A stretch of 59,966 bases of DNA from an uncultured Candidatus Poseidoniales archaeon (GTDB lineage: Archaea > Thermoplasmatota > Poseidoniia > Poseidoniales > Poseidoniaceae), in contig CAXGZX010000003.1 of NCBI GenBank assembly GCA_964014545.1, positions 1-59,966 of the forward strand, written 5' to 3'. This document shows positions 16,182-25,287 of the stretch, piece after piece. Numbering within the stretch: position 1 is the stretch's first letter; every line of letters begins with the position of its first letter. The notes under the pieces are model-generated. The model was not told where the DNA came from and did not search any database. It saw only the letters and a list, made by a program, of their open reading frames with translations. The position numbers and the translations under genes are program-made.

Positions 16182-19100
16182 TCAATTCCATTCCTTTTTG
16201 GCCATGTTGATTATCGCCCGAGACTGAGGTGCATTCCAACCTTCTTGTTGTAGGTACATTAACAATTGTCTCTCATCACCATCACCAATCATATCACCAA
16301 GATTTTTTACGGCTGCGTCAATTTTAGTTTGGCTGACTTTCTCAAATATATCCGGTTCTGGTTCAACAACTGCACGCTTGACCTTTTTAGTTGAGCCATT
16401 ACCCTTTTTGACTTTTTTCGACTTCTTTGTCGCACTCTGCGCACTTATCAAATTCTCTCGAAGTATTTGTTTTGTTGAATTATCAGGGGCCTGAGATGGT
16501 GGTCTGGCCGTAATTTTTGGCGAGGTAGCAAAACTAGGAGGGCCCCCTGTTGGCCCGGAAGGTGGTGGCTGAGAGTTACTCTGGATTGGAGCATTACGCT
16601 TTGGTTGGACTGATTTCTCCCTTGGTTTATTGAGGAAATTGAGCTTCTCTTCTTCGTAAAAATCTTCTAAGTCATCATCTTCCTCATACCAATCTTCATC
16701 AATACCTCTCCTGCGAAGAATAATCAATAGTATGAATAGGACAACTACAACTACACAGATTGCCACAAAATTAACTATTGACAAACCAAATATTTCAGTA
16801 GATTCTTCTGATGATTGTTGTTTTTCTAGCGGACAACCATCTGCATACCCGTCTGGTCCCTTTGCCTGATCTGGGCAGTTATCCAGACTGTCGACTAATC
16901 CATCCTCATCAGAATCTCGTTCGTTGCTTGCACAACCTTGCAAATCAACTGAGGTCTTGTACAATGAATTGGTAGTTGGACATAAATCGGGGTTATTTCC
17001 TGAACTATTATCGCCATAGCCATCACCATCAAGGTCTCGCCACTGAGTTATATCATCAATAAAGGCATCAGCAGTGCCACTTGGCGATGCTGCCCAATCT
17101 TGGTCTGGGTCCGACCAGCCATCTAAATCAGCATCTAAGCAGCCAAATCTATCTTCGGTGGAGTTGCCTGCGGAATTGGGGCATTGATCACCCTCAAACC
17201 CGAGAATATTGTCCCCAAAGCCATCAGAGTCTGAATCAAACCATTGAGTTTCTTCGAACGGGAATAAATCATCTTGACCTGAATAGCCGTCAGAATCCCA
17301 GTCAAATTCCAATGCTGATTCATCAATACAACCGTCTGCCAGTACAGGATAACCTAGTCCAGTATCTGGGCAAACATCTATGTCATCTGTCACTCCATCA
17401 CCGTCGGTATCTTTTTGCGAAGTCGAGCAACCAAATTCATCTGGCACTTCTTGACTTGGAGTATTTTCACATGAATCTAGATAATCATAAATTCCGTCTG
17501 AGTCGGTATCTATCTCTCTTTGTACTTGGCTACATCCACTGGAATCGACAGGATCTTCTGGGAAAGTTGAGGGGCATACATCATCTGCATCGCTTACTCC
17601 ATCTGAGTCTGAATCAACTTGATTTAACGCACATCCATCAAGATTAACAACCAATCCTAATTGTGTATTTGGGCATAAATCTTCTTCATTAATGACAAAA
17701 TCTCCATCGTCATCATTTCCATCAATCAATGGACAACCTATGCCCAATGTGCCATTAATTACTCCAACCGCTTGCGGACACATATCCGCATTATCTCCGC
17801 CCTGGAAATCGCCAAAACCATCTCCATCAGTATCTGTCCATTGTTCTGAATTGAACGGGAACGCATCTCCTGATTGGTTTTCTCTTAGTCCCGTAGCCGG
17901 GTTGATATCGAAAGTGTATATGTCCCGATAGTTATCTCCATCCGAATCAAGACAGCCGTAATACGGATTGGATGAATTTCCAGCAACTAGTGGGCAACCA
18001 TCTAATTGTAATCCTTCGGAATTTGAGCCATTGTAGTAATCAGTAAACGAGTCTGGATATCCGTCTTCATCGGAATCTTGTGCAGCAGCAATATTATTGG
18101 GGAAATAATCTGGACTAGTCGCATTTTTTGAGCCATTATCACCAAAACCGTCGCCATCAGAGTCTGCCCATTGAGTAGAATCAGCTGGCCATAAATCTGC
18201 ACCTAGACTTGAATTCCAAAAATTAGTTGGATCTGATGAGCCATCACCATCTGTGTCAATACACCCTAGACGGTCGCGATATGAAGTACCATACTCGAAT
18301 TTACAAGCATCACCAGTTATGAAATCTGAAGAATTGTCACCATATCCATCACCATCAAAGTCGGTATATTGCCGTTCATTGAATGGGAATTCATCTCCTG
18401 GTGGAGCATTTTGATCATACCAAGTTTCACAACAGTCCGGACCATGGTTATCGCCGTATGAATCTCCATCTGAATCGAAGGCTTGCTTCCAATTATCGAT
18501 AAAGATGTCACCAAATGGATAAAATGAGGTCCAATCAACCCAGCCATCTTGATCGAAGTCTGAACATCCTAATCTGCCAAGCCAGGATGTGCCGTATGCA
18601 GTATTACAATTATCCCTGAGATCATCATATCCATCATTATCAGTATCTAGACAACCAAAATACAACACTGAAGATTGGCCTATTTGATTTAGACAACTAT
18701 CGAATAGAGGACCAAATTCGTTATCGCCGTATCCATCACCGTCGCTATCTAACCATTGATTGGGAATGCTGACTAAATCATCAATCCCATCGAAAATAAA
18801 GTCACTATCTTGGTCAAGATATAGATTTATTCGGGATAGAGCATTTGAATTTGGATTTTTTGCCGTTAGGGAAAAGGAGTCATCTTGAGTTCTATCGAAT
18901 GAAAATTGTGAGTCTGAGGCGATATCACTGAAGCTACCTGTATGCCAAGTATTGGTTAACTCTAGGTCGCTTTTATACTCCAAAGAATTCCATGTCAACT
19001 TATTTATTTCAGTATCAATAGCAACCACGATGATATGTGAATTATTCGTCAATAAAATAAAATCATGTCCTGTTGGAACTGGGAAATTGGAGATTGGATT

Positions 19101-22100
19101 CCAAACGTCGTTATTTTTGACAAATAATGAATTATTTTCGCTATTTATTGCAACAACGGTCAAATTTCCATAGTTGGAAGTTTTTACGCTATTACTAGCA
19201 AAACCGCTTGGCTGAGGCAACAGATTTGAATTCCATGTATTGGATGCGTCATCTTTTTCATACAAAACGAACAAACCAGAAGAGGATACCGTGGCTAAAA
19301 TTGTCGTATTTTCTGCATCTTTTATCAATGAGAAATTAGTGCTTATATCAGTCTCTAAAGCAATAAATTCACTCGCAGTATGTGTTCCGTTCCAGGTAAG
19401 TAGAGTGAGATTACTTGAGAGTCCATCATCTAGAATGGTCGCAATTTGGATTTCATCATCGACAATCATTGAAGTAAAATGTCCTGAAGAGGTAGAACTT
19501 GAAGTGCTTAGTGATTGACTGGACCATTGTTGATTATTTTCCACTATTATTATCTCTTGAGATAGGTCATCAAAATATACTATTTTTGGTTGCCCTGAGG
19601 AATTAATCAGTAATTCTATTTTGGTGGATATTTCTACGTTTGAGGCAACTAATTCTTCAACCCAACCAGTCCCCTCATTGATATTCAAGAATAGTTCTTT
19701 GCTGTTGGGTGAATAATAAGCAATGAATTGATTTCCTTCATTATTTATCGATGACGAGAGGTGAGTAATATCGCTGTAGGAAAGGCCTATTTGTGACTCC
19801 AAAGCAGTGTAAGAATCATAGGTTCTTTGTACTATTCCGTCACGATAATAGAAAATAATTGGTTCACCCGACGAGGTTAATTCAAAATTAGCTGCATGCC
19901 AATCACCACTTGTTGGGTTGGTTATGTTTTGAGAAATCCAGGTATTACCTTGCGAACCTTTTCCAAGATTTATTTTGATGATGTTGGTTTTTGAGTCATT
20001 AGTTACCTTGCACACTATTGTTGGCGAACCATCTGCTGATGATTGAATAACCCCGCCTGAAATTTCACCGTGTATTGAATATTCGCTCACATCCCAAAGA
20101 GTTCTAGTAACATGGTCTATTTGTGATAAATGTGCTTGATTTTCATTCACCATGTTTGAGGATGCTAAGAACTCGGATAAACCATCGGCATTAGAATCGC
20201 CAAAGTTACTTATCGATTGACCTAAAGCTAATTCACCAGACCTAACCATCAAACCATTGTTAGCAAATCCTGATTGAGAGCCCAAGTATAAGTCAATGTT
20301 AGAATTTGAAGCACTACTTCTTCTAGTAATCAAAAAATCGTTGTAGCCGTCTTGATTAGAATCACCAGCAGAAACAAAATTCAAACCTAAAAGTTGATTT
20401 GGCCCACCATAAATTCGATTATCTGGTAGATTGTTAATTCCTGACGAATTTCCGTAAAATATCCAAACATTACCACTATTGAAATCATTAGTCGTGTTGT
20501 AAGGTTCTGAGATAAACAACTCATCAAAGCCATCGCCATTTAAATCGTTGATGATTTGAACTTTATAGCCAAATAAAGTTCCTGGAATGGTGGATTGAAA
20601 TTGCGAATCAGGATCATAATCAAACCCTGTTGCTGAACCATATCTTATTTCTACTGAAGAAAACCCAGAACTATCCTGCAAATCACCAGTATTTCCGATG
20701 ACCAAATCAACAAATCCATCGCCATTTAAATCTCCATCCGCTGAAACTGATTGGCCATAATTACTACCTTGAAGTAACTGATTTGGACTATCCATTTTCA
20801 CCCATGTGTTGGAGTGTGAACCACCAAAGAATAGTTCGACTAAACCATTATCGCCGTTTGAATCGTGGTCTATGGAACAGACAATTATGTCATCATAGCC
20901 ATCAGAGTTTAAATCTTCAACATATTCCAAACAAGACCCGTAAGATTCTCCAGTAGTTGCCGGGTTCGAGATTCCACTCACCATAGCTAAATTCTCGGAT
21001 AAACCTGCCTGAGAACCGAATGAAAACTCGACAATTCCGTTATTGTTAGCAGATCCGGGAGAACCTATGGAAAGGTCGCTAAATCCATCTCCATTGAAAT
21101 CACCAACCGCTAATCCTTGGCCTAAAAATATTGAACTTCCCTCGCCTTCAAATAGTAAATCTGGTGAACTAGACAGTCCTGATTCGGAGCCATAGTGAAT
21201 AGATATTTGGCCGTTATCAACATGATTTTGAGAATCTGCATTTGGCTCAGAATAGACCATATCATCAAATCCATCAGCATTGAAATCGGCAAAGAAGATA
21301 TGTCCTATTGTTGCGTTTTCCACTTGCCCCTCAAAAGTGGTCATGGCGACGGAATCAAACTGGTTTTTTTGGTTTAATAGAGAACGCTGTATTTTCATCT
21401 TTGAGATGTTATTTTCTAGAGTAGTGGAAAACATTTGTAGCATTCCAAAACCATCCATTGTCAAACCTACATCGCTATGCAAATTATCACTTTGATGGAC
21501 CGGTTCAGAAGTGTGTTGGCCATTTTCGATTGTATGCAGTATAGTAGAATTACCAAAATTATACAACAATGTTATTTTGCCGTGTGGATCTATTTCTAGT
21601 TCGAAATCTTCACTTATTGGACCTGGATGGATAATACTTGTATCCCAAAAGGCGCCGGTGTAATTGATACTATGCAGTCGTCCTAAATCATCCCTAAACG
21701 CACCCCATTCAAGTTGATTAGGTGTTAAAGAGAGTTCTATATTAGTGGCGTTGACATCTTCTAAAATAGTCCTTGTATGCCATTCATCACCATTTGGATA
21801 GATTGGGCTTTGCATGGCGATTTGAGCCGCTTTAATATCACTACCATTTGCATATAGTAACGTCTGTCTTCCATTATTTTTCACTGCTATTGAACAGCTA
21901 ACTATGGTGTCGATGTCTGGATTGGCGGTTACTGAATCGACTTCTAACAATCTTGAATTATTATGTAGGTCTAGTGAATAACTGTACACCATTCCGTTAG
22001 TATCTGACCAGCAAGCCCCTATTTCATGTTGATTTGATATTGCAACATCGGGAGAAGTTGGAGTACCGCTAGAAGCGTCTACTAATTGCCTCTCAAAATA

Positions 22101-22433
22101 GGTAGACAAGTCAAAATCCTGCCTTAATTTGGCTTGACTCAAATTATCATAATCGATATACTGACCGGCCATCTCATAGCCAAAATCAATATCAAAATCT
22201 TCCATCAAATCAGCTCGATATTTTATCGAAACAATATCCAAATTTGTGGACTCATCTTGGACGAAAATTGCGGCACCAATAGAAAATGAATGCAAAATCA
22301 ATAGTAAAACAATTATCGAGGCCTTCAGCGAGTTCTCGTGTGTTGAATCACTCGCCATACACAACTGAATCATTGATGGTTCAAAACCATTGTCTATGAT
22401 ATCCCATGACCCCCGTAGGGGGTCAATAAACAA
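16182..22433 (-). CDS. giant cell-surface protein: FG-GAP (integrin-alpha-like) repeats, TSP3 repeats, C-terminal TM anchor and cytoplasmic tail
   Basis: repeated G..GDxNGDGFxDLxIG units; many DxDxDG/DAFP..QW.D.DGDG.GD units; TM IFGLSIVNFVAICVVVVVLFILLIIL followed by RRR; true start may be ATG 22373 or 22358. Confidence 0.85.
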   Translation of the reverse strand: MFIDPLRGSWDIIDNGFEPSMIQLCMASDSTHENSLKASIIVLLLILHSFSIGAAIFVQDESTNLDIVSIKYRADLMEDFDIDFGYEMAGQYIDYDNLSQAKLRQDFDLSTYFERQLVDASSGTPTSPDVAISNQHEIGACWSDTNGMVYSYSLDLHNNSRLLEVDSVTANPDIDTIVSCSIAVKNNGRQTLLYANGSDIKAAQIAMQSPIYPNGDEWHTRTILEDVNATNIELSLTPNQLEWGAFRDDLGRLHSINYTGAFWDTSIIHPGPISEDFELEIDPHGKITLLYNFGNSTILHTIENGQHTSEPVHQSDNLHSDVGLTMDGFGMLQMFSTTLENNISKMKIQRSLLNQKNQFDSVAMTTFEGQVENATIGHIFFADFNADGFDDMVYSEPNADSQNHVDNGQISIHYGSESGLSSSPDLLFEGEGSSIFLGQGLAVGDFNGDGFSDLSIGSPGSANNNGIVEFSFGSQAGLSENLAMVSGISNPATTGESYGSCLEYVEDLNSDGYDDIIVCSIDHDSNGDNGLVELFFGGSHSNTWVKMDSPNQLLQGSNYGQSVSADGDLNGDGFVDLVIGNTGDLQDSSGFSSVEIRYGSATGFDYDPDSQFQSTIPGTLFGYKVQIINDLNGDGFDELFISEPYNTTNDFNSGNVWIFYGNSSGINNLPDNRIYGGPNQLLGLNFVSAGDSNQDGYNDFLITRRSSASNSNIDLYLGSQSGFANNGLMVRSGELALGQSISNFGDSNADGLSEFLASSNMVNENQAHLSQIDHVTRTLWDVSEYSIHGEISGGVIQSSADGSPTIVCKVTNDSKTNIIKINLGKGSQGNTWISQNITNPTSGDWHAANFELTSSGEPIIFYYRDGIVQRTYDSYTALESQIGLSYSDITHLSSSINNEGNQFIAYYSPNSKELFLNINEGTGWVEELVASNVEISTKIELLINSSGQPKIVYFDDLSQEIIIVENNQQWSSQSLSTSSSTSSGHFTSMIVDDEIQIATILDDGLSSNLTLLTWNGTHTASEFIALETDISTNFSLIKDAENTTILATVSSSGLFVLYEKDDASNTWNSNLLPQPSGFASNSVKTSNYGNLTVVAINSENNSLFVKNNDVWNPISNFPVPTGHDFILLTNNSHIIVVAIDTEINKLTWNSLEYKSDLELTNTWHTGSFSDIASDSQFSFDRTQDDSFSLTAKNPNSNALSRINLYLDQDSDFIFDGIDDLVSIPNQWLDSDGDGYGDNEFGPLFDSCLNQIGQSSVLYFGCLDTDNDGYDDLRDNCNTAYGTSWLGRLGCSDFDQDGWVDWTSFYPFGDIFIDNWKQAFDSDGDSYGDNHGPDCCETWYDQNAPPGDEFPFNERQYTDFDGDGYGDNSSDFITGDACKFEYGTSYRDRLGCIDTDGDGSSDPTNFWNSSLGADLWPADSTQWADSDGDGFGDNGSKNATSPDYFPNNIAAAQDSDEDGYPDSFTDYYNGSNSEGLQLDGCPLVAGNSSNPYYGCLDSDGDNYRDIYTFDINPATGLRENQSGDAFPFNSEQWTDTDGDGFGDFQGGDNADMCPQAVGVINGTLGIGCPLIDGNDDDGDFVINEEDLCPNTQLGLVVNLDGCALNQVDSDSDGVSDADDVCPSTFPEDPVDSSGCSQVQREIDTDSDGIYDYLDSCENTPSQEVPDEFGCSTSQKDTDGDGVTDDIDVCPDTGLGYPVLADGCIDESALEFDWDSDGYSGQDDLFPFEETQWFDSDSDGFGDNILGFEGDQCPNSAGNSTEDRFGCLDADLDGWSDPDQDWAASPSGTADAFIDDITQWRDLDGDGYGDNSSGNNPDLCPTTNSLYKTSVDLQGCASNERDSDEDGLVDSLDNCPDQAKGPDGYADGCPLEKQQSSEESTEIFGLSIVNFVAICVVVVVLFILLIILRRRGIDEDWYEEDDDLEDFYEEEKLNFLNKPREKSVQPKRNAPIQSNSQPPPSGPTGGPPSFATSPKITARPPSQAPDNSTKQILRENLISAQSATKKSKKVKKGNGSTKKVKRAVVEPEPDIFEKVSQTKIDAAVKNLGDMIGDGDERQLLMYLQQEGWNAPQSRAIINMAKKEWN

Positions 22434-22477
22434 GTTTTATCACAGTATTGACAAACCTAGACCACTTCCCTTGAATT

Positions 22478-23101
22478 ATGTCAAAGGTATTAATCATTGG
22501 AAATGCTAAACAAAAATACTTGGCAAAATGGCAGCAATTAATACAATCTGCTGACACCATAATTGCTTGTGATGGGGCGATTTCGGATTGTTATGCACAT
22601 GATATTGCAGTAGATTTTCTAATCGGTGACTTAGATAGTATCACCAAACAAGATTTGGCAAAAGCAGAACAGGATAATATCCAAATTATCAAGGTTGATG
22701 AACAACAAAGTAACGATTTAAGTAAAGCTTTGAAGTTTTGTCAAGATCATAATGCTATCAAAATTGATATTATCGGAGTTGATGGCGGTAAGTCCGACCA
22801 TCAAATGGCGAATTACTTTGCTTTACTAGAACATCAATTACCTGTAACACTCCACCTAAATGATGCAGTAGTTATTGCCATAAGCAAATCAAATCCACTA
22901 TATTACAAATCAAGTCCAGGAGTTTCTTTTTCCTTGTTTAGTATTGGCCAGGCGGTAAAAGTCACCATCAAAGGGGCAAAATGGGAATTGAATAATCATG
23001 ATATGGGGCCATCAACTATGGGATTGCATAACTCAACATCCCAAAACGAACTATCAATTCAGTGTGAAAATGGCTCATTGCTAGCCTTTATTGACCGGTG
23101 A
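22478..23101 (+). CDS. thiN: thiamine diphosphokinase
   Basis: IIACDGA, IGDLDS, Q.SNDLSKAL, GVDGGKSDHQMAN, FSLF, GAKWEL, GLHN. Confidence 0.85.
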   Translation: MSKVLIIGNAKQKYLAKWQQLIQSADTIIACDGAISDCYAHDIAVDFLIGDLDSITKQDLAKAEQDNIQIIKVDEQQSNDLSKALKFCQDHNAIKIDIIGVDGGKSDHQMANYFALLEHQLPVTLHLNDAVVIAISKSNPLYYKSSPGVSFSLFSIGQAVKVTIKGAKWELNNHDMGPSTMGLHNSTSQNELSIQCENGSLLAFIDR

Positions 23102-23980
23102 ATTAGGCATTTTTCGCCTAATAAATTCGCTGTAATCATCGTCTTGATTCCATGATTTGGCCAACTCGTCAACTCTGGCTAGTTCCAAGGTTTTCTCCAA
23201 ACCTCCCCAATCTTCGATTAACCCCAACTTAAACGCAGCTTTGGGCGTGTAACCGGGAAGGAAATTTCGCCAAACAAATGGTATACGACCTGGAGTGATT
23301 TTATTGACAACTTCAACAATGGAGGTATTGCATGTGGTAAACAAAGAATGGTACCACTCTGCATTTTCAGTTAACTGGTTCATTTTTTGCCCGATAGCCA
23401 TTAGTAATTGACGATCTTTACCCGGCGGAGTTACTGCCCTAAACAAGTAATCTTTGTTGCCTCTTGCATTTGTTCTAAGCCCGAGTAAATCTTTTTCATA
23501 CCCAACTAGCAAGTATAATTCATAAGCACGCCACATACCTTTCCAAGGATGATAGCGAACCCCTTTTTCTCGCCGAGCCTCAAAGGAAAACGAAATACAA
23601 CGGCCGTCATTAAACTCTACACTTAGGAAAGTGTGTGCTAAGCCATGAATTTTGTGAAAGTGATCGACAATAAACCATACGTCTTTGATTTCTCTTAAGT
23701 CAAATTTTACATTTTCGTCCCATTCTTCATCTCTGTCTCTAGTGGTTCGCCAAGTAAAATTTCTTACTTTTGAAAACGTTATGTGATGTTCTTCGATAAT
23801 GGCTGATGATTGAAATTCACAATCGGTATTCCAATCTGAACTAGTACTGGGTTTTCGAGGCCTAATTCGGGTGTACCACACGTAGAATAATCTCACAGAA
23901 ATGGATGTTAAAATCAATGCTGATAAAATCAAAATAAACTCTACCAAACTAAATCCTAGAATCTCCAATAGGCTCACCAC
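23081..23980 (-). CDS. DUF4105 / Lnb N-terminal-like membrane protein (papain-like His/Cys)
   Basis: N-terminal TM; VRNFTW, AHTFLSVEF.DG, SFEARRE, YEL, EKDLLGLRTN.R, YLF, WYHSLFTTCNT; 21-bp convergent overlap with thiN. Confidence 0.75.
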   Translation of the reverse strand: MVSLLEILGFSLVEFILILSALILTSISVRLFYVWYTRIRPRKPSTSSDWNTDCEFQSSAIIEEHHITFSKVRNFTWRTTRDRDEEWDENVKFDLREIKDVWFIVDHFHKIHGLAHTFLSVEFNDGRCISFSFEARREKGVRYHPWKGMWRAYELYLLVGYEKDLLGLRTNARGNKDYLFRAVTPPGKDRQLLMAIGQKMNQLTENAEWYHSLFTTCNTSIVEVVNKITPGRIPFVWRNFLPGYTPKAAFKLGLIEDWGGLEKTLELARVDELAKSWNQDDDYSEFIRRKMPNSPVNKG

Positions 23981-25287
23981 CTAACCCAGATTCGTAATTC
24001 TGCGTCCCACCAATCATGATTACCGTCGGGATGCTGCCGCCACAAGATTCCTTCATCATCAGTAGTTGTAGGCAATCCCTCGGAGTCGGGGGAACCATCT
24101 GGCAATATCATTGGAGCAGGCCCTAAATCACGCATAGGTAACTGATCATCATCATCTTTTACCCTAACCAGTATTAGATATGAGAGAAGTGTGATTACCA
24201 AACCTAGAACACCGATAGAAATCCATCCAACTGATTCGGTTTCAGTATCTTCACCATAGGAACGTGAGGGTGCTGATGATTTCTCTTCTTCGGTAAGTTC
24301 AGCACCGGGTAATCTTACCAAGTTTACCGCCTCGATGGCACTGATTAATTCATTGTTAATTACCTCTAAAGAAATTAGATGTACTCCTGCTGATAGCGAT
24401 GTGCAGTCAAACTGATTTCCAATATCAACTTCTACCTCTGCCCCTTGAATGCGCCAAATCTTTTGGAACTGTGAGAAATCAATTGTTTCATCAAATTGGT
24501 CCATTGTTATTGTACATTCAGTCTCTGTACTATTGCCGTTGCCGACTGTTGAGAGGGTGAATTCTGGGGCTGGCCGGTTGTGAATGGTCAGATTAAGCCA
24601 GTCTTCGCTGGTTTGACCCAAATCATTCCTGTAGGCTTCTTTCAAAATATAATCTCCAGCAGGCCAGTGAGAACAATCTATTGCATCTTGGGTATCAAGA
24701 ACGGTAAATGGAGCGCCTGAAAAAGTTCTAACCCCACTTGCACCATATCGTGGACCTGTTTGATCGGCAAATACCCGAGAGATGGTACATTCATCGCCAG
24801 TTTCAATAACTTGCGGCGCATTTAGAGCCAGTATTATTCTTGGAGTTTGTAAGGCTGGCTTCAATACATAGGTAGGTAGGTCTAGTGTAGTGATTATGTT
24901 ACCGTCTTGATCGACAATTTGCAATTTAAGTTCATGTTCTCCAGAAGCCCATGCATCGTAGACTAGACTAGCATTTGATTGGCCACTAAATGAAAATTGT
25001 AATACCTCCATCACTTCTTTGTCTTTATGTTCACCGATTAAGCGAAGTTCTAGATTCATACTTTCTTTGTCTGTACTCACCACTATTACTACTCTAATAG
25101 CATCTGTATCGCCATCTTGATTAGTGTCTAATGTATCATTTCTCAAGGCCACTAAATTAATTCCAGCCTCTGCTAATGGATCTTGGTCTGAGTCCTCAGC
25201 CTGCACGCTAGGAGTAATTATTACTGTAGCAAAAGCGGCTAACATTATGATTAAAATTGAGATAATCGATGCTTTTTGATTACTCAT
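23974..25287 (-). CDS. secreted, C-terminally anchored hypothetical protein with aromatic cytoplasmic mini-domain
   Basis: GGAGGTGA RBS at 25293-25300 supports ATG 25287 (MSNQK); signal peptide; TM ISIGVLGLVITLLSYLILV; tail GILWRQHPDGNHDWW...W. Confidence 0.8.
   Translation of the reverse strand: MSNQKASIISILIIMLAAFATVIITPSVQAEDSDQDPLAEAGINLVALRNDTLDTNQDGDTDAIRVVIVVSTDKESMNLELRLIGEHKDKEVMEVLQFSFSGQSNASLVYDAWASGEHELKLQIVDQDGNIITTLDLPTYVLKPALQTPRIILALNAPQVIETGDECTISRVFADQTGPRYGASGVRTFSGAPFTVLDTQDAIDCSHWPAGDYILKEAYRNDLGQTSEDWLNLTIHNRPAPEFTLSTVGNGNSTETECTITMDQFDETIDFSQFQKIWRIQGAEVEVDIGNQFDCTSLSAGVHLISLEVINNELISAIEAVNLVRLPGAELTEEEKSSAPSRSYGEDTETESVGWISIGVLGLVITLLSYLILVRVKDDDDQLPMRDLGPAPMILPDGSPDSEGLPTTTDDEGILWRQHPDGNHDWWDAELRIWVRW

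Noticed and set aside
16800-18800. Regularly recurring ATC/TCA-rich patterns here and at 25600-27400 and 43950-45250, suggestive of CRISPR or satellite arrays
   Set aside because: These are degenerate codon patterns of TSP3 (DxDxDG) repeats inside long ORFs; no identical repeats with unique spacers and no cas genes
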